64,000 bases of DNA from Cyanophora paradoxa CCMP329 (GCA_004431415.1 QPMI01000270.1:1-64000), one strand, 5' to 3'. Shown: positions 23,948 to 35,082, numbered from the stretch's first letter. Program-made: numbers and translations. Notes: generated from the letters alone by a model not told the origin.

Positions 23948-26900
23948 ATGGAGCGCTCTTCGAAGAGTGGGGTCCCTTTCAGCGTGGGAAGGCAACGGGC
24001 GTACACGGGACACCTGAACTCCCTTGCTTGTGCGTTCGGGGCTCGCCCCGCTCCTCCGCTGGTTTACGCCTCGGTTTTCCGTGCTTTAGCCACACGGCTA
24101 AGCTATCGGGCGAAGCGGGATCGCATTCAACTCCTCTGCTAGCTCTCTTGGTGGGCGACGCTAACGCGGCACGGCCCCGCGAGCCGGTTGCCCTTCTTCG
24201 TGGGCCTCGCACTGACCTCCTTGCGTGCAGCGGCGGTCGGGGATGTAAGCTTCACGACGCTGGCGAAGCTTACGCCGGCCCCGAAGAGCCCGCCGCATGT
24301 GCAGCCCCGGCCGGGGACGTCGGGCTCGGCGGGGGAGCGGCCGTCCTCGAGCTCCGGGGGCGCGGGGGCGGCGGAGCAGCGGCGGCAGGACAAGGGCTAC
24401 GCGCTGCTGGCGAGCGAGCTGGACGCGCTGAAGAACGAGATCGCGTCGATGGAGCAGAGCATCCTGGCGTTCAAGGGGTCGGCGGTCGGGGCCGGGGCTG
24501 TGGACGCCTCGCAGGCGCCCTTCCTCGCCCCGGCCGGCCTCGTCGGCAAGGGCAAGGGCCTCCCCGCCGGCCTCACCCGCATCCCCTCCCTCTACCACGT
24601 CAAGGCCACCTCCCCGCTGCCCCAGGCCCGCCCCGCCCCGCCCCGCCCCGCCCCGCCCCGCCCCGCCCCGCCCCGCCCCGCCCCGCCGCGGCGCGCGGGG
24701 GCTGCCTGAGGCGGGGGCGGCAGCTGTTCACGTCGGGGAAGGCGGTGTGGAACGACGCGGCGCGGACGTGGGAGAGCCCGGTCTTCCCGAGCGCGAACCC
24801 GAGCACGCGGGAGGAGGCGGCGCTGCTCGCCCAGGCAGTGGACGCGATGCTCGCGGGGGTCACCAAGCCGGCCTTCTCCGCCCTCAAGGCCAAGGCGGAC
24901 GGCGACCTGAACGCGTCGGAGCTGATGCGGGACATCCAGAGCCTGCACCAGGAGTCCGTCGTGCTGAACCTCGCCTTCTCGGAGGTCGTGCGGCAGGTCC
25001 GCGTGCAGTGCCTCGAGCGCGGCGCCCTCCTCGAGCGCATCCGCGCCCGCTTCGTCGGCATGCTCGAGGCGTGCCACCGCCCCCGCCCCGCCCCGCCCCG
25101 CCCCGCTGCCGCCGCGCGCTGAGGGGCCGGGGGGCCAGGTGCTGGTGGCGCTGCTGTACCGGCTGCTGCGGACGCACCAGCACGAGGTGTGGGTGCGCTC
25201 GCAGCTCACGCAGGCCCGCAACGTCGCCCTGAAGGTGCCCCCGCGCGCCCGCCCCACACCCGCCCGCCGGCGGGCGCGTGGGCGAGGCGGGGGCCAGGAG
25301 GAGGACTCGGCGCGCACGGAGATGACCCGCCTCAAGCAGGAGCGCGACGACGTGCGCCCGCCCCCGCCCCCCGCCCCGCCCCCCGGGGCGCGGCCCAGGG
25401 GCGCGCAGCTCTCGGGCCGGATGCTGGCGCTGGAGAAGCAGCTGACGCAGACGATCATGGAGAAGGACGAGTACCGGGCGCGCTCGGAGCGGGAGAAGGG
25501 GATCCTCGAGTACGAGGTCACCCAGCTCCAGCGCCGCATCGACCGCTACGTCGTCCGTCCTCCGCTCCCGCCGCCCGCCCCGCCCGCCCCGCGGGGGCCC
25601 CCCACGCGCGCCGGCGGCGGCAGATCGAGAAGGAGGAGGCCGTGGCGTCCGCCGTGGAGCGCATGCAGCAGAGCGTCCGCGAGGCCCTCGCCGCCAAGGC
25701 CCGCCCCCCGCCCGCCCCCGCCCCCGACCCCGCCCCCGCCCTCGCGCCTCGGGGGCGGGGGTGAGGCGGGGGCGCAGTCGGGGCGGAGGGCCACGTGCAG
25801 TACATGCACGGGCTGCTCGTGCAGGCGCAGCGGCAGGCGGGGCGCCGCGACGCCACCCTCGCCGACGCCACCTCCCAGACCCCCTCCGTCCGCCCCGCCC
25901 CCGCGCCCCGCCCCGCTCGCCCGCCGACCGAGGCGCCCCGCAGGAGTGGGTGCGCGCGCGCTCCTCGGAGGGGCGCGGCGGGCGCCCTCGCGCCCCGCTT
26001 CGAGCTCGGAGCTCGCGGCGGCCGGCGGCGCCGGCGGCAGCGCCAACGTCTCCGGCTCCTCGCGCTCCGGCGTGCCCCCGATCCTCGGCATCGCCCCGCC
26101 CCCGACGCGGCGCCCCCGGGGGGGCCGTTGGAGGGCGGGGCGGCGGGGGCGACGGGGCGGGGGGCGGGCTCGGAGGGGGCGGGGACGGGCACGGAGGAGG
26201 AGGCGCCCCACGGGGAGCTCTACGCCCGCTCGGGCTTCCGCGCAGGCCCCGCCCCCGCCGGCCCCGCCCCGGACCCGGCCCCCTCGGCGAGCGCCGGGGA
26301 GGGGGGCGGGGCGGGGAGGAAGAAGAAGGTGCCGCGGGTGGCCTCGATCGTGGACCCCGCAAAGAAGGCGCTGCTCGGCGACATGGCGAAGCTGCTCAAG
26401 GGCCTCGCCCCCGAGCGCAAGGGCCGCGTGCGGCCCCGCAAGTACGTCCTGCAGCTCATCAGCCAGATCTACGAGGAGAAGATCGTGGCGGACGGGGCGG
26501 ACGACCGGGAGCGGGTGCCGCGGCAGGCCCTCGCCGAGTTCGTGTACGACTTCCACCTCAGCCAGTTCGGCCTGCAGGCCGTGGCGGAGATGTACGCGCT
26601 GGACCTGCTCGCCTCGCTGCACGCGCTGCACGTGGGGAGCGAGCGGGCGCACACCTTCGCGCGCTTCCTCGGCCTCTTCGACCCCCTGCCCCTCGACGCC
26701 CTCAACTTCTACCTGCGCGCCCCCGCCCCCGCCGCCCCGCCCCCTGCCTCCCCCTGACCCTCGTTGCCGCGCGGCGGGCGCAGGTACGCACTGGCGACGG
26801 TGCAGACGTGCGCGGGGGGGCCCATCCTGGCGTCGGAGGACGACGTGGCCTTCTCGCTGCCGCTCAACCGGGCGCTCACGGCGACGCACGCGCTCTTCTC

Positions 26901-28128
26901 GGGGTGCGGGGCGCGGCGCGCGCGCGCCGGCCCGCGCCGAGGGGCCGCAGGTACGTGGAGGAGGCCGTCCTCGAGGCCCTCGTCGCCGCCGTCACCGCCG
27001 CCGCCCACGCCGGGTCCCCGCCCCGCCCCGCCCCGCCCCCGGGGGGGCCGGCTGAGGCGGCGCGGGGGGGGCAGGCGGGTGGACCAGGACCGGTACCTGT
27101 CGCTGGTGCTGGAGGAGTGGCGGCGCGGGGCGGCGGCGTCGGACGCGAAGATCGTGGCGCTCTTCCGGGCGGCGGACACGAACCGGGACGGGAAGCTCTC
27201 GTACGACGAGTTCAAGGCCGTGCTCCTCAACGCCGACGCCGCCCTCGCCGAGCGCGAGGTCCTGCGCATGTACCGCGAGGCCCTGCACCGCTCCAAGCAG
27301 CAGGGCGCCGGCATCGCCGAGCGCGCCTTCCTCGCCGTCGCCCGCCAGCACGGGCTGGCCCAGTGGCGGCCCCACCACCCCGTCCTCGGGGACCAGCGGG
27401 CGACCGTGGACCGCCCCATCGCGCCGGGCGCCTCGACGGCGGTGCAGAGCCTGGAGACGCTGGAGACGACCTGGGCGGCGACGGAGGACTGGCTCGCCGC
27501 CGGCATGACCACCATCCAGAAGCGCACGCCCGAGGCCTACGCCGACCTCACCAAGCGCTACCAGCACGTCAAGCAGCTCCTCTCCGACAAGGCGCCCCCG
27601 CCCCCGCCCCCGGCCCCGCCTTCCTCACGCCCCGCCCCCGCAGCGCGACGCCTCCTCCGCATGGCACGCCTGTGCGCCGCCCCCGTGCCGCCCGCCCCCG
27701 CTGCCCGCCCCGTCCCTCACCGCGCGCCGCGCAGACCGGCTGCTGGTCTCGGAGGTGCACCGGCTGGTGCCCCCCGAGGCGGCGACGGAGGGCGGGCTGC
27801 GCGTTCCGGCCCCCACGAGCCGGGCGCTGACGACGCGGCGGCGGCGGGAGGCGGAGCGGGAGGCGGAGACGAGCGGGGAGGAGGGGGCGCTGGACGAGAA
27901 GAGCCTGGAGGCGGAGCTCGCGCGCTACGAGGCCCGCCGCCAGCAGACCCAGGCCCGCCTCCTCGCCAACACCCAGGGCCCGCCCCACCCCCGAGCCCCC
28001 CGGACCCGGCGCCCCGCCTCACGCCCCGCCCAGAGTCCTCCCCGGCCGGCGCACGGGGCGAGGCTGCGGGGGAGGCGGGCGGGGGCGCGAGGGGCGCGGA
28101 GGGCAGCGGGGCCGAGGCGGCCTCGTAA
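23948..28128 (+). CDS. Axonemal dynein light-chain-domain (AXDND1-like) protein with coiled coil and C-terminal EF-hand region
   Basis: FPSANPSTREEAALLAQAVDAML and AFSEVVRQVRVQCLERGALLERIR (Ax_dynein_light-like); canonical EF loop DTNRDGKLSYDEF. Start codon and terminal exons are tentative. Confidence 0.65.
24627..24686 (+). repeat. (CCCCG)n pentanucleotide run inside an intron; G-quadruplex-forming potential on the opposite strand
   Basis: About 11 tandem CCCCG units directly visible; shorter runs of the same unit occur in most introns. Confidence 0.85.
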
Positions 28129-28301
28129 AGGCGCTCGTTCGCGATCGGGTCGTTTGCTGCATCTAAAAAGGGACGGTCGAGACTAGTCTGCCTATCTGCT
28201 CTAACTGTAGACGGCACGGCGCTCGCGGGTCTAGCGCGGGTCTGCCCCGGGGAGGGTGGGGCAGGGGAGGGGGTGCCGGGCCAATCAGGGAAGGGCCGGG
28301 C

Positions 28302-29482
28302 CTAGAGCTGGTTCTCGGTGAGCCAACGCGTGAGCCCTGGAATAGGTGGAGGAGTGAGGCGCGCGGGGCTGGGCGGGGCGCGGGGCGGGGCGGGCACCGG
28401 CAGGGGGTACGGTGGTGAGGAGCTTGTCGATGAGGTCCTTGGGGTCGGCGGAGGAGACGAGAAGGGCGGCGGAGGATGCTGAGCAGCACCGGAAGGGCGC
28501 CGGGGGGCTGGGTGAGCTGGCGGCTGGGCGGGAGCGGGGCGGGCCGGGCACCGGAGATGAAGCCCTCGTCCCGCGAGTGCGCGATCTGCGCCAGCAGGTG
28601 GTCGTAGTACCCCCCCACGTTCAGCACCCCGATCGGCTTGCTATGCACCCCCAGCTGCGTCTGCGCCCCCCGGCCCCCGCCATTAGCGCCGCCGGCCCGC
28701 GGGCGCCAGCGGCGCGAGGCGGGGGCGGACCCACCCAGGTTACGGACTCCAGTAACTCCTCGAGCGTGCCGTATCCGCCGGGCAATGCTATAAAGGCATC
28801 TGACCTGCGAGACCGACGAGGCGACGAGCTCGAAGTTAGCGAACCATCCACGTCAATTTAACACAATCCTTTGCAAATCCCGCACATTGCGGCCATCTTC
28901 GCCTTGCGCGTGTGCATGCTGTCCACCTTCACAGTCTCCCCGATCGACTGCGCGCGTGCGCCGCGCGTCACGTCGCCCCACCACGGGGCTGCCGGGCGGG
29001 GCCGCGTGGGCGACGCACCTCGCCCGAGAGCTCCCGCGGCATAAGCGCGACGGGGATGATGCCTGCGCAAAGCAGCTCAGCGCTTATCGCCCCCGTAGGT
29101 AGCACAGACCCAGCTAGCTCCTGCGTTGTCCGCAGCTAGCATGCTTGTGTTATCAATACGCTCAGCGCGCACCTGTAACGCGGCCACCAGCTGCCACGTG
29201 CATTTGTGGTCAGCTGCAGACTCGAGCGCGAGCTCGAGAGCCGCACCGTCGTTCACCGTCCTAGCAACTGCTCCCATCAACCCAACGCTCCCGCCGCCAT
29301 ACACAAGGCCGATTCTTCTCCGCGCGAGTTCCTCTCCAAGCGCGATAGCGGCCTGCTTGTACGCCGGTTTTCCTCCTTCTGAAGCGCCGCAGAACACGCA
29401 TATGTTGTTCTGTCCAGCGTTAGCTCCCGCGCGCGCGCGTTGTTTCGGAGCGCTGGATTATCCCCGCACGCACGAAATTCAT
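28302..29482 (-). CDS. LOG: LOG family cytokinin riboside 5'-monophosphate phosphoribohydrolase (type I)
   Basis: MNF|[10 protein letters not shown]...[39 protein letters not shown] (PGGxGTxxE), [19 protein letters not shown]. Confidence 0.94.
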
Positions 29483-29589
29483 TCGCCGCCGATTTCGCGC
29501 CGAGACCGGCCTCGCTCTTCGCCGCTCGCCCGCTCGCCGATCTCTGTACCCGAATCCAGAGGGGGGACCAGGGGAGACTTCGTTCAACG

Positions 29590-30762
29590 ATGCCGGGGTG
29601 GGACGCCGGACTCCTTGCGTCGGGGATACTGAACGGCCTCGCGGTGTGCACGCAGCGTTGCACTTGAGGTTGGGCGTTTCGGGGAGAACTCACCACGCCG
29701 TCGCTCTCCGCGCCTCTCCCCGCGCCTGACTGACTCAGTGACGCGTTTTGGCGCCGGCTGCAGGGAGCTAACTACTGGTGGATTGAAGGTGCGTACGCGC
29801 GTAGTGCAGAGGACGTCGCGCCTCGCGGGGCATCTTGAGACCCTGCCGCCACTGACGCCGGGTGTCTCGCCAGGTCCGGAGTATGCAGCACTAGGGACCA
29901 AGGCCGGCGTGCGGCTCGCTTGCCGCTTCCTCGGTCTCGGGGGCTTGATCAGCAGCATGGGGTGCGCATCATCAGCTATAGGCGTTGATCAGCTATAGAG
30001 ATCTCTGCAGCTGCGGGCCCCGCGCGAGGGTCGACTGACGCGTACGGCGCTGGGCGGGGCAGGGCGCTGGAGGTGTACGCGGCGCGGCCGAAGGCGTCCC
30101 GCGACCTCCGCGTCGGTGCCGCCTCCATGGTCCGCCGGCGCCCGGCCCGGAGCCCCAGCTGCACCCGCGGCCGGCACTGCGCCAGCAGGGCCCGGGGCCA
30201 GACCCAAAGCCTGACGCTGGCATCGTTCCTGCGCCTCGCGCAGGTCCTCTTCGGCGACGGTGCGGCTGGCCAGCGGCGCGCGGCCCGCCGCCGTCCCTGC
30301 GCCGGCGCTGAGCCCCTGCGCGCGCTCTCGCAGTCTTCTTCATCGCCCGCGTGCTTTGGGCGGTGCATACGCGCGAGCCCTCCTCGCCCTTCAGGATCTA
30401 GCTGGCGCCCCGCCGCCGCGCTGATTCCTGCCCCGCTTGTCGGCCCGAGCAGGTCTACTGGCGCGGTGCGGCCCGGCCCCTCGACCTCTAAACCCCCCCC
30501 CTTCCCCCTCCCCCCCTTCCCCTCCCCCCCTCCCCCCCCCCCCTCCCCCAATCAACCAACCCCCCACCGCCCCATCCCGTCCCCGGGGGCTCCACCCCTC
30601 GCACGGGGCTCACGGGGGCGGGTTGGGGCCGGGAGCGCAGGGTACGAGGGGGCGCAGGAGGGGGACGCGGCCTACGGCTGGCTGGGCGCGGCTATCTGCG
30701 TCGCGGAGGCCCTCGCCGTCCTCCCCGCCCTCCTCCGCCGCCCCAAGCGCAAGGGCAACTGA
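29590..30762 (+). CDS. Small multi-pass membrane protein of unknown function (~137 aa)
   Basis: Eight short exons joined by GT-AG introns give MPGWDAGLLASGILNGLAGANYWWIEGPEYAALG...VFFIARVLWAVYWRGYEGAQEGDAAYGWLGAAICVAEALAVLPALLRRPKRKGN*. Confidence 0.6.
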
Positions 30763-32078
30763 GCGGTCGCCCCGGCGCGCGCGCCCCAACCCAGGCCTTC
30801 ATGTGCCAGCCCCCCGGACCTCAACGTGTCCCCCCTTGGCGCTTCAAATTCCGCCCTCTGATTCGAATCCGGATCCTCCTGGCCATGGCATGGACAAGAT
30901 GATCATTGGACTTTACATTTCAGGGGCACGCTCGCGACAGAGATCTGGACGTAAGCTTGCCAACGTTACCGTCTCCTTCCCTTCCCCCCGTCGCCGCATG
31001 CAGCTGGGGCGGGGCGCGTGCCAGCATGTCCGTATTGTAATTGCAGTTGGCCCCGGGAATGTAAACACGCAGTGGTCTTCTCGCAAACAGCAACGGTCGG
31101 CCCGGCCCGGCACACGCGTACCGTAGTACGCCTAACTTAATTAGCTATAGTATACGTAGTAGATGCCATATCATAGTATACATGATCATGATATCGATGT
31201 CACAGTGTCTCGGGCCGGCCCGGCGGGCCCCAGGCCGGGAGGGCCAGGCCCCGCCAGGCCCCCGGGCCCTGCTGGGGCGGGCAAGGCCGGGCCCCCCTGC
31301 ATTCAAGACTTCAAAGGCTTCCGCCCCCCGAGCCTCGGACTCCGGGAGCCTCGGACCGGAGTTGGAACAAGCTCCAAGGGCTTGATTCAGTGACTCGCCG
31401 GGTCAACGTCACGATCATGAGTTGAGATCGCGATCGGTGATCACTGTATATGTGATACTAGCTATAGGCTAGGCTTGCGAGAGGCCGCAATTGCAACTTG
31501 GCAAAGCTTGCAATTGAACTTCGGAAGGTTGGAGGCTTTGCCGCACCCCGGGCCCGGTGACCGCGGCGCCGGCAGTGCCACGGTTCAGTTGCAATATTTT
31601 TAACGTATGGCTGCCACGGCAGCCTTGCTTACAGCAAGCTAAGCACAACATGTCTTGTCATGAAGTGAAGGTCTAGATTCGCGCTTGCCAAAGCCGCGAA
31701 GCTAAGATCATGACTCGCTCGCTCACAAGAAAGGGCAAGCTGCAACTGCGCTCGAGGACATCAGCTAGCGCACGCTGCAGAGTGAGTCTTGCGGACATAG
31801 AATGATTGAACATTAGTGATCAATTGTTGATCAATTATTCATCAAAAGATATCAATGGTTGGCACTAACAATGGCTTAAAGATGACTGAAGGAAGGCATA
31901 GTAAACAATGGGCATTGCTAACACACATTGAAAGCGGCTAAGCAAAGCCGCTCGAGCGGCTAGGGAACAAGCCGCTCAGCAAGTTACACAGCTTGCCCTC
32001 GCTTGTGAGCGAGGGAGACAAGCGCCGACAGCACAGCAAAGGCGCACAACTGCGAAGCAAGACTCTAAGACTAGACAA

Positions 32079-33080
32079 TCAACTACTGCGCCGAGTACGC
32101 GCGACTTGCTGCCGACATGACTGCAGCGAAGCTGACGGGCCAGCGTAACGAGCACCAGGCCTAGCCATGAGCGCAGCCAAGGGCGGGCGCTCAGCAGAAT
32201 CGATATAGCGTCGGTAGACCGCTGACAACAAAGACCAGCGACCAACCGCTTGAACAAGCTCTTCAGGCACGCCCGCCGCAGCCAGAGCAGTAGCTCCACC
32301 GCGACGCAAGCCATGAGGTGTGATACCAGTGGCGTCCAAGCCCGCCGCGTCAAATGCGAACCGGAGAACATAGGCCACGGTCTGAGCTGACAGAGAACGA
32401 GCTGCGTCCCGAAGCTGCCCAAAAAGAGGTGCGCCCGGATCCGCGAGCGCTACAGTCCGCAAGTAGGTTCGAAACCAGAACACCGGACAGATGACCGACT
32501 CTGGGACAGCGCCCAAGACAACTTGCGCGCCTTGGCGACGACGATCGGTCTTGGAACCGGCAATGAAGAGCACGACGCGATCCGCGCGGATGGACACATC
32601 TTGCCGCCGGAGTGCCACGATTTCGCCACGCCGCAACAGGCCAAAGAAACCGGTAAGCAACATCACAAGGGCGCGAAGGAGCTTGTTTGAGGGGGAACGA
32701 GCGTAGGTACGAGCAATCGCCTCCAGGTGGACGGACGTGACCAATGCAGATTGCTTTGCTGGTTTTCCACAAAGTCGGGCGATTCCTTGCAATGTTTGCA
32801 GCACAAGGGGGTGAGCAAATGCAGTAGTAGGCAACATCCTCTGCCTTGTCTGATGTAGCAGAGCAGAGTGACACTGGTCAATTGCTGAGAGACCGTACTC
32901 TTCATCAGCAAGAGCCACCAGCAGTGTTGCGACGCCAGAAGCTGTTGGTGGCCAGGCTGGAATGCAGTGAACCGCGCAATGGCCTTCATAGAGGACGACC
33001 CAGCGGGCGTAGAGGCTTTGGGTTCGCTCGCTCACAGAGTTTGTTCTGTAGAAAGTGACCCGGTTGAGCAGATCAGCCAT
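32079..33080 (-). CDS. Tyrosine recombinase (phage-integrase fold), apparently intact
   Basis: 333-aa intronless ORF with FGLLRRGEI (R), SKTD (K), TPHGLRRGGAT (HxxR) and GRWSLLSAVYRRY (W, catalytic Y), the pattern of retroelement YRs. Confidence 0.93.
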   Translation of the reverse strand: MADLLNRVTFYRTNSVSERTQSLYARWVVLYEGHCAVHCIPAWPPTASGVATLLVALADEEYGLSAIDQCHSALLHQTRQRMLPTTAFAHPLVLQTLQGIARLCGKPAKQSALVTSVHLEAIARTYARSPSNKLLRALVMLLTGFFGLLRRGEIVALRRQDVSIRADRVVLFIAGSKTDRRRQGAQVVLGAVPESVICPVFWFRTYLRTVALADPGAPLFGQLRDAARSLSAQTVAYVLRFAFDAAGLDATGITPHGLRRGGATALAAAGVPEELVQAVGRWSLLSAVYRRYIDSAERPPLAALMARPGARYAGPSASLQSCRQQVARTRRSS

Positions 33081-33236
33081 ACGAGCACCTGCATCACCAG
33101 AGTCAAGGGTATGTCAGACTACATTTCTTCTTCTTCTTTTTAAAGCCCCCCACTCAAGCTTTCTATCCCTGTTGCTGGACAAAGTAAGCTGAGCAGAGAT
33201 GAGCAGGAGTTGAATTCTGCAGCAAGAGCCTGCAAT

Positions 33237-33420
33237 CTACTCCCACGACACATAAAGAGCAACAAGAATCCAGGAAGGTAACTGTGCCGAGCGAGGCCCG
33301 CGATAGCACACGTCATATGCTGGGCCGAGCACCATTGCAGGTGCACGCAAGGCAAGCTGCAACTGTGGCCACCATGGAGCTGAGGGCCACTGAGGGACAA
33401 TAAAAACTGCCGAGGCTGGC
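33237..33420 (-). pseudogene. Remnant of the C-terminus of a DIRS-type pol ORF
   Basis: AVFIVPQWPSAPWWPQL resembles the 'LIVPxWPxxPWWP' motif that ends the methyltransferase-like domain after RNase H in YR retrotransposons; no RT (YxDD) or RNase H is present upstream. Confidence 0.6.
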
Positions 33421-34479
33421 GCGGCTCGTTCGGGCAATCCTTCACGACATGCCCGGGCTTGTTGCAGCGGAAACACATCCCGCTGTTGCGCTGCGACGGC
33501 GGGCGATCGCGGCCCTGGTGCTGGGGCCGCGGGTTGGCGTGCTGCACATACGGGCGCCCGCCGGCGGCCTCCGGGCCAGCAATGTTGAGCGCGTGCGCCA
33601 GCGCCGCAGCCGTGCCCCGATACTCCTCTGGCACACCTGCCAGCCGCTCGGCAAGCTTGTCGCCGCCCTTGTCGCGAATGTCGATCCGCTTCCGGAGCTC
33701 GTCGAGGATTTTGAGGCTCTGCTTTACGTGATCGTAGCACGCAGTGCACGAAGAGCATCTCTTGAGCTGAAACTTAAGCTGCGATAGCTGCAGGGCAAGC
33801 TCACGAAGCCACGGGTTTTTGAGCTGCATAGCCTCATGGTTGTCTTTCTGCTGCTCGCCGAGCTGCTGCTGCTGCTGCTCTTGAAGCTTGATGACCGCGC
33901 TATCTATCCACGCTGAAGTAGCTCAGCCCACGCTGGCGGAAGCGCACCCGCTGCCGGTTTGGTCGACGTTGGGGCAGTCGAGTTGCCAGCGGGTACAGCA
34001 TAAGGGCCTTGAAGGTGACGGGTGAAGCCGGTTGACGGGCCAGCCGCGCCCGGATCCACTTGCGCCAAGTTCGGAAAGTTGCGCGCAGCCACTTGCTCTT
34101 CCTCGTCGTAGGCGCCACCGAACTGCTCACGCTGTGCCAGTCTAACGGCAACGTCGTCCTCAGGTTCATCTTCTGGGTCGGACTGCTGCTGGTCCGGATC
34201 CGGCGACACGGCTTTCTCCTTGCCTTTGCGAGATCGCGTCGGCGGAGGTGCAGGCTGCTCCTCCTCCGCACTGTCGTTGGCCGGAGCTTGAAGACGAGAT
34301 GACGACCTCCGGGCCTGGGGCGCGGGGGTCGTCGCCGTCTTGGGTTTGGCCGACTTGCGCGCACCAGTGGCCGTTGACTTGCGTTTCTGCGCCGCCTCGG
34401 CACAGGCGACGAGCAGAATGATGGTCAAGACGACTACGAACAGAGGGGCCCACGATGGGCTCCTCCGCGAGCGAGCCAT
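33420..34479 (-). pseudogene. gag-like ORF with CCHC zinc knuckle, split by a frameshift at ~33905
   Basis: ORF 34479-33904 (..WAELLQRG*) continues in the -1 frame as DSAVIKLQEQQQQQLGEQQKDNHEAMQLKNP...CFRCNKPGHVVKDC (CX2CX4HX4C). Confidence 0.7.
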
Positions 34480-34530
34480 GACCTCAGCTTAGAGGCCTTG
34501 GCTGCGAAGCAAGACTGAGGCTTGTACCCC

Positions 34531-34563
34531 AGGGGCGCACTTATAACTTGTAAGTGCGCCCCT
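34531..34563. repeat. Perfect 13-bp inverted repeat with 7-bp asymmetric spacer (candidate recombinase site)
   Basis: AGGGGCGCACTTA-TAACTTG-TAAGTGCGCCCCT. Confidence 0.85.
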
Positions 34564-35082
34564 TGTACATATGTGCGTAAGCAAGGCTGCCTTTATTTGG
34601 CAGCCATACACTGCCCTATGCTACGCTGACGCTCACATAGGTTCGATTTAGTAATCGATATATCGCACGCCGTGACGCATATGCCAGAACTCATGTGTTG
34701 CCTCACGGCTTTCGGCCGTCCGACGGTCAGGAGCCGGCACTGCTATAGCTAGCCTCTGCAGCGTTTGCGCAGAGTGCCCTTACTAGACTCTGAGACCCCC
34801 ACTACCTTTCATGTACCTCGGGTTCTTCCCCCGGGCGAGACACTTGTACCCGGGCACTTGCTCTTGCGCCCAGAATACTAGCTCTGCTTGCCCGCACCGC
34901 CAGCATGCCGGAGCTGCACAGCACGCACGAGCACGTTCAGCTGCACCGGAAACCTAGCTCGTCTGACATGATCAGTGATTCCGCTGCACTGCTCTCAGTG
35001 ACTGCCGCCGTCATGCCGGCACGAATTCGCCATTGGGGAGGGGGGCGGGTGAGGAATGAGGGATGGGGTTGCGGGGTCGGGG

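Larger units (their letters stand above)
31605..34609 (-). mobile_element. Tyrosine-recombinase retroelement (DIRS/Ngaro/PAT-like), internally deleted and non-autonomous; boundaries are minimal estimates
   Basis: Intronless lower-GC island with gag-like ORF (CCHC), a pol C-terminal remnant and a YR ORF in DIRS order. Bounded by an imperfect inverted repeat (31605-31632 vs 34577-34609). Confidence 0.8.

Noticed and set aside
28302-29482. LOG gene as evidence of cytokinin signalling or horizontal transfer
   Set aside because: LOG homologs are widespread in bacteria and eukaryotes, the gene has normal host-type introns, and no other pathway genes are in the window.
32079-33080. Prophage, bacterial contamination or Crypton interpretation of the recombinase
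   Set aside because: The adjacent CCHC gag-like ORF and pol-tail remnant indicate a YR retroelement, and the flanks are continuous with intron-rich host genes.
34560-34690. tRNA gene suggested by the multi-hairpin cluster
   Set aside because: No T-arm GTTCRA in the correct context and no D-arm or acceptor-stem geometry; treated as an element-terminal structure.
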